Assembly: GCA_051362555.1 (NCBI GenBank)
Contig: CM120641.1
Coordinates: forward strand, 13,516,001 to 13,580,000
Direction of reading: 5' to 3'
DNA from: Lingula anatina
Lineage: Eukaryota > Animalia > Brachiopoda
Length of the DNA stretch: 64,000 nt
Position 1 is the stretch's first letter, and each line of letters opens with the position of its first letter. The notes beneath the pieces are model-generated. The model was not told where the DNA came from and ran no database searches. It saw only the letters and a list, made by a program, of their open reading frames with translations. Shown one piece after another: positions 26,367 to 39,100 of this stretch. Made by a program: the position numbers and the translations under genes.

Positions 26367-28650
26367 ATGCGGTCCACATACTTTGTAGTGTTTATATTCA
26401 GTACGGTGACATGTGTCCTAGCGCAGATCCCAGGATTTGGAAAATGCCCCGCTCCTCCAGTGAAGCAAAATTTTGATGTTGATCAGGTAAGATATCGGGA
26501 TACGGATGTTATTTACGCGTGGATGTGAAGTAGACAAATACATAGGATTTTGGAGCTTTATACAGGCTACGATACTTTAAAATAATACTGTAAAAAAGCG
26601 ACATTGATAATTATTTTGTGTAAATAGTTGGTGGGGTTTGTGAAACGTGTTGTTAAAACTGCTTAAAGCTAAATAAACTCTATAATTATCTGAACAGACG
26701 AGCGCAGCAAGCACGAAATGTGAAGAATAAGTCGGTTCAAACCCAAGGTAGTGTTACCTGTTATGTGCTGTTTTGTTTGCACAGTGGACTTTGGCACGAA
26801 AAAATGCGATTAACAAATTTTGCTGGCGTCTTCAATAATATTTGTACTTAACGACTATCCTTTTATCCAGTACAAAACCCAAAAATACACTGTTGGCCAC
26901 ACTGGTTTAATTTTATGGATGGCGTCCGCACAGTAATTAAATCTCGGCTCCATTCGACCAGACGTGTGGGGAGGTGTGTGAGAGGTGGAGAGACCATTAA
27001 GACTTTCATATAGGCTCCGTCATATTTGATCCTTGGACCAGTTGATACTCGGATCTTCTGTTCTGAATGGCCCCAAAGCCTACTGGTGTGGTTACGGGGC
27101 ATTAAAGGAAGCACGCGAGGGTACAACCTCTGCATTATAAATGAGATTTTCAAATCAAGAAGTCTTTGAATAGCAGTCACGACAGAATAGAAAATAGACG
27201 CTGGTGGTTGAATTTCAAATTACCTTAAAATTACACAGACTTAATCTTATGTATGTATAAAAGATTATGAAATGTGAATTTAGTGGGTGTTCTTGTGAAC
27301 ATGACTGTCCCCCCCCCCCCACTTTTACACACACACGCGCACACACTTACAAACACACACACTCTGTCTCTCTCCCCTCCCTCTCTTTTACACACACATA
27401 CATACACACATGTACGCACGCACGCACACGCACACACACACATTTTACATTGTACCAGTATACTAAACAGCGACTCGTTTACGTCAATATTTTTTGTAAC
27501 GAACTCTTATGTCTTTGCCTTATCTAATCATAATATTAGTAGTGCACCAATGTTGTTATTTCAGTATGTTGGGGTTTGGTATGAATACCAGCGATACTTT
27601 GCCGTCTTTGAATTTGGTCTGAAATGCGGACGTGCCGAATATACTTTGAAAGATGACGGGCATATCCTCGTTAACAACACTGGGACCAAGAAATGGAGGT
27701 AGGTTTCAGACAATATTTGATTTTTCTTTTTTCGTATATGTTGATTACTGTGTTTTTCTTATCACTTTACAAATAATACGGCCAAAATAAGTAGCAATAA
27801 TATCAATGCGCATATTGCAAAGAAGTGGTAATACATACCACGAAAGTCGTGTATATTAAAAACATTCTTAATTATCGATAGACGTCATTTCTGCCATAAA
27901 CCCGATAATTTTTGCTCTCAACGTGTTTCCTTTAGCTTGACAAGTGGTCTGGAAACGTTGCCTGACTCTGTACTCTGTGCTCTTCACCAAGATGCAAAAA
28001 AAAGCTTTAACAAATTAAAAAAAAAAGTGTTTATCCCACGCCAGTTTTCTTTATCAGACAAAGTACGTCTGTTGTTTTTTACATTGTTATTTAAACAACA
28101 ACAAAGACAAAGTTCATATTTCAAAGTTTTAAATTCTTTCCAGTGGGAAAAGTACTGAGGCTATAGGAGACGCGTTCGCCCCGGACCCAGATGAACCAGC
28201 TAAAATCATTGTTAATTTTGGAGGTACATTTTTTAGCATAACTTCTATATCTCAGTTCAATTCCAAATAGAACCAGTATTCAAATATAACTCAAATATTA
28301 TTAATCATAATCTACCGATAAATTATTTATGAAACTGGGATCTCCTTAATGCAAGGAGGGTGGCACGAACAGAATTTGCTAGATGATGCTTTCTTTCAAG
28401 CAGGGTTTTCCCTTTACCCATCATCTGGACCCACCGCCGCTGTTACTGTCGTGTCAAGCATTAAATAGATAGACCAGATATGATATATATATATATATAT
28501 TCTTGCATAAAAGACAAATGTGTGTCCTTTTTGCAGGAGCCCCCAGCACTGGCAAACCTAATTATTGGGTTTTGGATACTGATTACAATACCTTCTCTGT
28601 AGTGTACTCATGTGTCGACTTTGGAGGCTTCTTGCATGCAGGTATGTAGT

Positions 28651-28710
<60 letters not shown>

Positions 28711-29193
28711 TGGATAAGGCAGTATGCTTGACATGATACATGTGGCTCCAATAAACTATTAATTTTGCACTATGTTATGTGCTACTATGTTATATCATTC
28801 AATGACAATATGCTAATTTCCGATAAATATTTTTGAATCGTTTTGCAATATTGACCTTCGGTGTTTTTTTTCCCGCCCGATGTGCTAATGTCTGGATAAT
28901 GTTATGAAAACAGACGCACAAATGCCCTAGCAATGAAACAATTCTCAAAAAGCAAAATATGTACTGTGCGGCGTGGTTGAATCTTTAACACATGCTTATC
29001 ACAGCCTATGTAACAGATGGCCTTAAAATCAAGGCGCTTCCTTGTCTTTCCAGATATCCTGTGGCTGCTCTCACGTGACAAAGCTGGTTTGCCAGACGAC
29101 TTGACTAACCAGCTTAGGTCCCGGTTGGAACAACAAGGTTTAAGAACGAAGTACTTGATGAATATTAAGCAAGACGGGTGTACTAACTATTAA
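26367..29193 (+). CDS. APOD: Apolipoprotein D-like lipocalin, 192 aa
   Basis: Exons 26367-26486, 27565-27698, 28144-28223, 28537-28641, 29054-29193, phases consistent. Signal peptide, GKCP.PPV..NFD..QY.G.WYE (SCR1), YWVLDTDY...SVVYSC (SCR2), WLLSR (SCR3), terminal Q.GC. Confidence 0.93.
28648..28706. repeat. (GT)n(GA)n compound microsatellite next to an APOD splice donor
   Basis: Direct reading. Confidence 0.95.
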
Positions 29194-32100
29194 AAACTCT
29201 GCCAAAAACATGGTTGCCAAAACTACAAACTATATAAAGGGCACTGATTTGTATACCTAGATCATTTTCCTTAGAAGCGTTAGTATTTTGTTTATAACCG
29301 TTTGCTATAAAGACAATATATCAAATGTACTCCTGGTGTGATTAAAAGTATTACAACAATAAACGATGAACTTTATCTAAGACGAGTTCTTGCTGTTTGT
29401 TGAATAGATTTCGTGAGGATGTAACACTTGTCAAATAGTCAATTTTACATCAGACAGCATTCCTTTTATATTTTCCCACGGAAATTCTCTAACTAAATCC
29501 TCGCGTTATTGCACAAAAATTTCATTAAAACGTTCCCGGCTTAGGTCCGTTTTTATTACTGTGACAAAGCAGTAGGCCTATAGGATAGAAGACAACGCAT
29601 CTTGGTTGTCTGATATTTCTGCAGCTAATAGGTCACCAAGCAGTTAACTGTACCAAAAATGGACTTAATGCAAATTAATTCCCCCCATTTTCAAACTTCT
29701 AAGAGCAAGTATCAGACACAATAAGAACGTCACAATAATGACATCATATGGGATGAGTAACAGGATGAATATAGATGTATACATGTATGTGAGTATATCG
29801 GTAGATAGTATTTGTCGTTATTTGGCACGAGGAGAGCATATATAAATATTATCTGCATGTATCTTTGGAGTCATATTTGTTTTGGGATTTTTTAAAGAAT
29901 AAACTATTTGCGATGAGTTCAGCTAACACGCACCCAAACAGCCAACACGCACCCAGATTACTGTAAATGGTTCAAAATAGACAAGACAACGTGACCTCCC
30001 CCCCCCCCCCAACCCCACCCACCCACTTTTTTCTGAGTTCAAGTCTTGCATTCAATGTATTTTCTTTTCTTATACGGGAGTGTTTACTTTGTAGGAGAAG
30101 GGGGTTACTACTAACTAGAAATTCAAGGAAAAGAATCTCTGTGTAGATATTAAAAAATCCAATTTTTACGGAAAAGTCTTATGCCGAAACAGATGTTAGA
30201 ATGATTAATTCATTATAATGATAACAATGCAAATCCTGTAACTCGCATCATCTTTTATTACATTGTTAACTGTGGTTATGTTCATTCCTTCCAGCGCATC
30301 TTAGCAACATCACATTGCCTCAAATCAGATCTCACCCTACCCAGGAATGTTGAATGACGGAAGTTTTATTCCACAAAATTGTTTTGTCGTATGAACTTCA
30401 TGATTTCAGGCGTTTGGTTTTTATTCAAACATTTAACAAAGAACTTTCCAAAGTAGAGAGATTAATAGGCCGGTGTGACAGGAATGGTAGTCTTAGAAAT
30501 GGAAGTCCGAAGTCCCCTATGATTACTACAAGTCACGGTCAGCCGTAATATTGGGATTTGCACATGGGACGCTTGCTACCTGTAAAAAATAATGGGAAAC
30601 GCACTACGGTTCCTGGTGGACTACCATTCGTGTCACACGGGCTGCAATGACAAATCGTGCACGCCGAGACTGTGACACTTAAACAAATGTCCTAGTTTCA
30701 TTTTCGTCAACAAGTGTAAATATGTAGTATAATATCAAAGCGTTTAGTGCCTTGATCCGCAATTTTCTTTTTGTTTTTGTTATTGTTCTTGTGGCAAACG
30801 CCGAATTCGAAGACAGCTATTGCTTATAAAATGACTCTATTTTTCTCCCATTTTTCAAACACACTTTGTTCTTATCAACTCATCTATCAGAACAATTTTT
30901 GTGGTATTTTTGGGATTTGTTGCAGATTTTCTTTTTAACTTAAGTTGGGTACCGTCGCCACCATTTTATATACACATATTTGTCATTCTGTTAAAAACCA
31001 AACATAATAGTCCTCTAGGCATTTAATCCGCATTAATCAAACAGAAAATTCCCAAGATATCTTTGAATCTTTACTTTTGTGATTCTACTGGAGGCCAGAT
31101 GACTATTTCATGGATAAAAGATCACAACTGCCCATTTTTCAAAATCAGATGATCACTGACAATCGTGTCTTCATTTATATATTGCATTTACATTTCCAGT
31201 TCATGTTTACGAATACATTTGAATTTACATACTTTATTTCCACATTTGTACAAGGGTAAATGCATTGAAGGTAAACTGAATATATAGAACATGACTAGCA
31301 ATACAAATTACAGTTGCAAAATATACATATTTTCCAGGAAAAAAAAAAATATATATATATATATATATTTTCCAGCGGCACGTGCCAATCATGTGTGATA
31401 AATATCAGTTCACTCACGATGATAATAAAGATAACATTAAATATTTAAAGGCACACCTATTCATGTTAAATATTATTTACATCCTTAAACATCTTAACTT
31501 CGTTAATTCACCAACATGTCCACCACTTAAGGAACGCCATTTCATTGTCAGCTGTCATTTCATATTAATGACACCGAGGAGAAACGAATGACTTGTTTTT
31601 AAACATGAACCAATATTTGAACTAAACTTCTGTTGCATCATGAAATTCAAGAAGCTTAATCATCAAGATAAAAAACTGACATCTCTTTGATCTTTAAGAG
31701 AAGTCGTATCTTTTCTATTACTTTATTTCAAGATGATTAGGTATTTTATGAACTGCAAACACTATGTATTGGCAAGCTGTCTACCTGAACGCGCCAAAGT
31801 CATTTAGAGAATGGATATATGCCAGACGATTTGCCACTTAAAGTGTCTAACTCAAAATCCAGGCAGCATGTTTTTCCTGATAAAATGTCACAATCAGTCA
31901 GAGAACTATTTCCCGTATATAACTAATGGACAATATTGCAAGATTACTCGAAGCGTGATAGGCTTTTTCACACCTCCATCGCTGTCATAAATGTCAATTG
32001 AGAAAATAAATTGACAAGTCACGCCAATAACATGGTCAATGCCGAATCATCTACATATATTAAGAATGTAAGAAACAGATTTCATAATTTCGATAGAAAA

Positions 32101-32349
32101 ATTATGAATTATGAGAAAATACAACTTACAATCCTTTTCCCCGTATTTCTAAAATTTTTCGACGTTACCTATAACGAGTAAGTAAGAAATACAAAAAATA
32201 TACAAGGCCAACGTTGTTTCATTTCGTTGGACTTAGAGTTTCGGTGTCTTGAACCGTTTTCTGGCAATGAATAACCACTGAGCTAAACATTAAGTTCACA
32301 TAGTCCATGTATTCTGTGTTCACATAAAATCAGTTCATAGATTAAATGT

Positions 32350-33474
32350 TCAGATATGCACACCTTCAATTGTAGTGACCTCAGACATATCCCTTAGTGG
32401 ATGCATCTCATCACCAAAGCGACTTCTTCCCGTAGAACGCCTGCTGTTTGAGTCCATCCCCAACTCATGCCCTTTCTTGCAGAAAATAACCCTGTAGAAC
32501 CCTTTTCTGAAGTTGGCATAAACGAAAGCATACAAGATAGGGTTGATACAACTGTTCGTATAGGCCAGGCATGTTGCAAAAAGTTGGAAATACAAGAAAG
32601 ACTTCAGACTTTCATCTGGAATTGCCCATTGCAATCGGAGCAGAAAGGCAACCTGTATGGGAAGCCAACACAGCGCAAAAACCGCGGTGACTATGATGGC
32701 AACACGTGTAAGACGTCTCTTTGCCTTGCTTATTTCGGCTGTCCTGGCTCTTTCTGGGCATCTGTGCCAGTACAAACGATAAACGATCACTGTATACATC
32801 GCGACAATTGTGACCAGTGGTAGGGCATAGCCAAAAGCAAAAAAGAAAAAATAAAATAGTCTGGCCTTTTCAATATCGAACATTAGGTTGTAATCCAAAC
32901 ACTTGATCCGTATATCGTTACCAAACGAGTATACATGTTGGTCGTGTTCATAGTAGGCAGGTAGATTGACAAGGCAAAGCACTACCCATATTATAACTAG
33001 TAGTATGACAGTGTTTCGCCGAGTCTTTAATGTTAGCGAATGGAACACAAGTACTAATGTAAAAAACCTGTCAACCGCCATTATAACCAGGGTGTAAATA
33101 CTTGCCCAGGCGCTTACATATATCAGGTAGTAGACGAACCGGCACCAAAATCTTCCAAAAGGCCAATAGTCTAGAATGTACATTGTGGCCGTAAAAGGTA
33201 CACAAAAAACTATAAAGCACAGGTCTGCCACGGCTAAGTTCGCAATAAGAATATTGGTTGTAGTTCGCATTGGTCTGTTGTTGAGAAGAACCACCAGAAC
33301 CAGCGAGTTGCCCACAAATCCAATAGCAGCAATGACTGAGAACAAGACGGCTACCGTTACGAAGACGGCATTCTCCCAACGGGATGCGGCTTCAAATTTT
33401 GTGATGTTTGTCTCAATGCCTGTTCCATTAAGGTACGGCATTTCTGTTTGATTTTGCCAAAACTCGTTATCCAT
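32350..33474 (-). CDS. Rhodopsin-class neuropeptide GPCR, allatostatin-A / galanin receptor-like, single coding exon, 374 aa
   Basis: Seven hydrophobic segments; GFVGNSLV, MRTTTNILIANLAVADLCFIVFCVPFTA, WPFG..WC, ASIYTLV.MAVDRF, FGYALPL, FALCWLPIQ, LAYTNSCINPILYAF...NFRK. These are characteristic of the AstA/galanin/kisspeptin group; the ligand cannot be determined here. Confidence 0.88.
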   Translation of the reverse strand: MDNEFWQNQTEMPYLNGTGIETNITKFEAASRWENAVFVTVAVLFSVIAAIGFVGNSLVLVVLLNNRPMRTTTNILIANLAVADLCFIVFCVPFTATMYILDYWPFGRFWCRFVYYLIYVSAWASIYTLVIMAVDRFFTLVLVFHSLTLKTRRNTVILLVIIWVVLCLVNLPAYYEHDQHVYSFGNDIRIKCLDYNLMFDIEKARLFYFFFFAFGYALPLVTIVAMYTVIVYRLYWHRCPERARTAEISKAKRRLTRVAIIVTAVFALCWLPIQVAFLLRLQWAIPDESLKSFLYFQLFATCLAYTNSCINPILYAFVYANFRKGFYRVIFCKKGHELGMDSNSRRSTGRSRFGDEMHPLRDMSEVTTIEGVHI

Positions 33475-36161
33475 TCCTTTGGTTTGATTTTGAGTCCAAC
33501 TGTTTTAAAGCGCGGTACGGTATAAACTGAACAGTTTCTATTTACTGCTAATGACAAAAGTGAGAAAATGATAAATGTTTTTCTATATTGTGAAACCAAG
33601 TAGGTGCAATCATCCCAGGCGCAGTCACAACGTCGTCATTCCCACACCTCTTCTGCTTTCTGCCTGCGAGCTCTTCAAGTTTATATCTGCATTCGAGTCT
33701 CGAATAATGATGCATCTAGGTTACGGAGTATCATTATTAATTTTCACCCAGATCTTCATTTTCACGTAACACTGAGCGTGCGCACCGAGTGCAATTATCG
33801 TTTTTCATTTGAACTGCTGCTTCAAGTTATCGCCGGCTTTTTGTCAGACACGCAGGTCTTATGATACTGAATTTTAACGGACATCGACCAATGGCAGTCT
33901 GAAAGCCAGTTTTATTGGCAGATTGGCATCAGTTTTTTTTTCACGGTGACAATTGATTAATACGCCAATACATACTACCTACGGGTCTTTGAAAATCACC
34001 AAGAACCGATGATAAAGATATCTGCCCTTTTCAAAAGCATTCTACGTTAACTATCATCGAACGACTGGCATCAGGAATGATATATAACGAAAATCGTTTC
34101 CTGTTAAAGATGCGCTTCATCGATGTTCATAAAATAACCGTTGGTCATTGAAAGCATTTACCATCTTAGATCGCTCGCACTGTTTCCAAGGAGAAACATC
34201 AGCGTACTTTTAATCTGTACAAAACCCCATTAGTTTAAGAAGTAAATCCAAATCAGAAGACCAATCAGAGTATCAAAAATTCTTTAGATTGCTGGGTTAT
34301 TTTGCTCTTTAGATATCTGAATGACGGTGGTAACACCTGAGCGTTTTTTTATTTATCTAGCGATGTCTTCCACACGTGGACGTATTTGACTGATAAACTA
34401 TTTTCCGTCTTGCTTTAGATTCATCCACATTGTTTACGTGACGGAAGATTAGTTATGACTTTTAAAGTATTGCAACCAGTCATGTCTGGCTAAATATTTA
34501 AATGACATTGACAACTACGGCTTGAAGCTTTTTTAGAACATTGACAGAGGTAAAGCATGCAAAATTATCTTTCTGTAAACTTAAACTTTAGGTTAAAAGG
34601 TGTTAAAATTATGGCTTCTATTCAATGTAAACTGTACTTTTCATCGCCTTTTTCTTTTACCTGAATAGGGTGAGCTCCGTTTCTGTGTTTCAACCTTGAT
34701 GGAATACAGTATGTTTTCGTTCTACCCCGTTGGTCGAGATGTATGGCGTGTTCGGAGGGCAGGGGGGGGTAGCAAAATTATCTTTCCGTAAACTTTACCT
34801 TAAGGATAAAAGGTGTTAGAATTATGGCTTCTATACAGGGGGTGTAGAAATTTGTACCGTACATATAAAGAAGTTGATCAGAATACTCGAAAAAAAAACT
34901 TGTTGTTTTTCCACCATAGCCATATCGACCAGTTTGGCGAAGCAAATGGAAGCAGGAGATTGTCTTGGTCAAGGCTTATAAAACAGAATGGATCATTGGT
35001 CTTGTACTATTACTGTGCTATCGAAAGTCTGTGCTCGATTAGAGAAATATAAATTATAGAGCAGAACAAAGCTACATTCAGTAGGTGTACTTCGAATGCA
35101 GGATATGTACAATAGTAAGGTTGTGATTTTTCTTCAATCAACAGCTAATTCTTTCCTGTGGATTTACACAGATTTATTACCAAAATGCGATTTAGTCAAT
35201 TGTTCTATTGTACAACTACAATTGTAGGAAGGCCATAGATGCTAAGACCACCAGTCTAAATGCATTAGTGACAATGGTGGTAATATACTGTATTATAAAA
35301 TTTGAATGCGTAAAAAAAACGAAATTAAGGACTGGAGCATTTACCGGCAAAAGAGGCTCAGTAAAAATCCTTTCCATTTTTCCTCGCTTTGCTGGTCAAC
35401 AACCTTGTCGAAATAACTATTTAAAAGTCCAGGCTAAAAAGCGTGAATGGGCAATGGTTACTTGATCCCCATAACTGTACTGCAGAGCTCAAGACACTGC
35501 CTCTAGTCCTGAAACTAATGAGGTTTTCCTATAAACAATTTCCGCGGAAGTCTAACGTGTTTCACCATCAATCTTGTCATCAATGAGGTTTCTTTATTTC
35601 GAAATATGTGATAAAGGCTGTCTATCCTTATTGTGCTGTGAAAAGTATCTTACTGAAGGTCCAACTTCGTTCACAATAAAGGCAATAGAATAGTATACGA
35701 GTTAAAAAAAACATTTATTCTCATTAAGGCAATGCAATGACAAAGAAAACTTATTCTAACTATTACTATTAAAAACTTGTTCTAGAAATAATATTATTAT
35801 TTTTTCATTATTATAATTTTAAACGCGTAAATATATAAGTTCTTATCTAGCACGGAATCATTTTGAACTTCATGTCTCCATATATTCTCATTCTTTAGTA
35901 GACGGACATGCAGCACTGAATAATTAAACAATCTTCCCAGAAATTGTGATACTTCCATTTTGTTTTGTTCAATGTCAGCACATTTCTTGTCTACCCATTG
36001 TTTCTGTATTCTTGTTGTTTTTAGCTCATCTAAACACATGCAAATGTTCATTCTTTTTAGATGTGTGAATTTTGCTATGCGAAATGTAAACCAAGCTCAG
36101 CCTTTGAAAACATTTTTCACGTCCACTTTTGTCTTTATTGTGTTTTGCATCAAATTTTTAT

Positions 36162-39100
36162 TCAGTTTATTTCATCTCTGTGACTCTCTTCTTGTTTTTC
36201 TGCGTCCGTATTAGTATTTGTGCAACAAGCTCGAACAATCCAAAGAACTACTGAAAAGACAGCCCCCAGAAGGGTCATGGACCCACCAAAGTAGAAAGAC
36301 GGACCATAGCTTTGGGTTGCGTCGAAAAGCCACCCTGGAAGAAATAAAGTTAAGAATTAAATATAATTGTATGGTCCAAGGAAACACACGGATTTCTTCT
36401 GCTGCCTGTACTTATAATAGATTTATCAAACGTTCATCAGAGAGAGGTCATACAAAGCATGGTTAGAGAATCTTAAATATGAAAGCGAATTTGATCATGA
36501 TGCTCTCAACAATGAATTGATCAGAAAAGTTTACCAAAAATGTTTAGTCATTCACATACAACTTTGTCTATTTTAATTAAAATGCTAGGTTACATAGATA
36601 TGCCAGTCTTTAATGATCTGATTTCATCTGGGACCAAATAAAAATTAGGTTAATTTTTCATGTATAATATATATTCAAACAAAATCATACAGTACCTGCT
36701 GTTGGTCCCCCCAAGAGAACTCCAAACATTCCAAAAAACATGGCAATTCCTTTTCCAGACACCATCTTGTCAATGCCAACAAACTCTAATACCAAGAGAG
36801 GCACGTACGTCGGAAAAGATGCACTGAAAAACCCATAGGTCCCAACAAAAGATGCCAACATCGCATAAGAATTAGACGTTATATACAGCATTATAGGAAT
36901 CCCTGTACACGTAGCTGCTATTGCATTCGCCACCAAAATGTTACACTTCTTCACGTCTGCAATGGCGCCGAAAAAGATGCGTCCCAAAAGAGACGTTGCT
37001 CCCATAATTGTGGCTAACATCGACCCCTGTCGAACAGAAAAACCTAACGTTTCTCCCAAAGCTGGGACATGGACAGACACAACTGAGAGTCCAAATAAGT
37101 ATGCCATCATGGCAACACATAAGAGGAGGAAGCTGGGATTTCGAATAATTTTTACGTTCAGACCGCGTTTCGTATTGGGGGGTGTTTTTCTTTCGGCCGG
37201 TATCATGCACACACCACAGATGCAGATAACAAAAGTCATGGCTGCCAGAACACGTAAGCATATTTGCCAACCGTAATTATCTAAGAGAATTCTCATGATG
37301 AAGGGATAGGACAACCAGCCGCTACTCATACCCGAGACCACAATTCCTATTGCTAGTCCCTTTCTTGTAGTGAATACTTTGCCCATCAGCATGACCGCTG
37401 GGGCATAAACCAGTCCCAGACCTATACCTGCAAGATCCAACGATGATATATTAGTAGTATTAAACCCAGGATAAGTATATCTTCGAGTGAATATTTAGGC
37501 CTTACAAATGCGCAAGAACAATAGAATATGCATTTTTAATTGACATTGAATTGAACAGACGTTTATGTCAAAACATCTATGTAGCGTTTTAACATCTCGT
37601 GATAAATAATGTACATCGCCAGCCTCTTTATACATTTTTTCACCAGATAAGAAGTAAACATAGGACAAGGAAGCAATACAGGTAGCTGAGTTGCTTAAAT
37701 ATAGTTTGTTTAAACGAACCTGTCATGAACCCGTAGCTGCTAATGAGGAAATATATATCGGTAGCAAATGAGCTGATGATGAGCCCGAGAGTAGCAAGCA
37801 GTCCACCTGAAATGACCGCCACATAGCAACTGAAGCGATTGGCCAATGCTGCGGCACCAGGCCCTGTAATCAGAAATGTTAGAAAGATTATAAATTTAAC
37901 AAAACAGTTTTTATCCAACTGGGTTTACTTTTATTAATTCCGAAATTCACAATGTCGCCAGTGTTGCAATTGGTTGAATGTTCATTCAACCGATTATTTT
38001 AGTCATAGTTCTCACAAATGTACACTCTGAGCATTCTGTCAGATATCTTCATAAAATGGCGGAGAACTATATGACGAACTTATTTCAAATCTTAAAAGAA
38101 CCCTCCCACCAACCATATGCCACCACTGCAACAAGACCAGAAAGATATAAGTTTTACCTTACTTAAGATTTTTTTACATTTTTGTTAGTGTTATTTTTGA
38201 TACTTTGAATGTCCAGTGAAAAGATTTAATCAGCCAAATACTTATATCTTAACAAACAGGATTTTAGAAGGTTTTTCATAACATTGGGACTGAATAATTC
38301 ATTTGTATATTTGCAATTGCCACAGAGATAAAGGACGTTCTTGTTGTAAAAATGATACTGTGTAGAGACACTGAGGGTTCATTTTCCAAGCAAACATCAT
38401 ACTAACATCGATATATAAGTAAGTGTTAACTTTAACACAAATAAGGCATATTAGTTCGATGGTCTTTCCACCCGAACTCGGCAGAACTGCCTCCGGGAGA
38501 CCGGAAGTCGCCGAAAGGGATCACTTGTAGACCGGATGTTGAGAAACCATTAGTCTTATCTCATAAACCCTCTAGCGGGGCTGGATGGTTATTAATTTTG
38601 GAGAAAAATTCCCCTGGAGGCGGGCGTCTCAATAGTCCGAAGGTTCATTGGTCAGAAAATGGTAACATTTTCATCGGTTATTTAATCAAGGGTTCATTGG
38701 TTCGAAGGTTCTATAGGCCTATTTGTTTGGAAGACACTTACCTGCTCCGAACACCATCGCCAACTGAACAGACCCAGCCCAAGCGGTAACTCCTCTGTCA
38801 GCTCCGAAATGTTCCAAAAATGTCACATAGAGGATACCACTATTGTAGAAGATGCCTCCAGCTAGGATGAATGCCAATGTGGAGCCTGTTAGTGCTAATA
38901 TCTTGAGGATGCTTTTTGGCTCTGGAAATAATTACGTAAAGCTCTCCTTATATTGTTTAGAATGGTTTTCTGGTGTTCCACAACTAACACACTCACCCCA
39001 AGGCGAACATCTTGTAGGTTTTTGTCGAACAGAAGGGCAAAAATTACAAGTCGGATCAGGGGCGGATCCAGGATTTTCTGGAGGGGTTCATTTTTATTGA

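Noticed and set aside
27231-27564. ORFs rich in His/Thr or Cys/Val
   Set aside because: Translations of a degenerate (CA)n microsatellite in APOD intron 1.
32394-33451. Several overlapping or antisense ORFs
   Set aside because: Shadows of the GPCR coding sequence.
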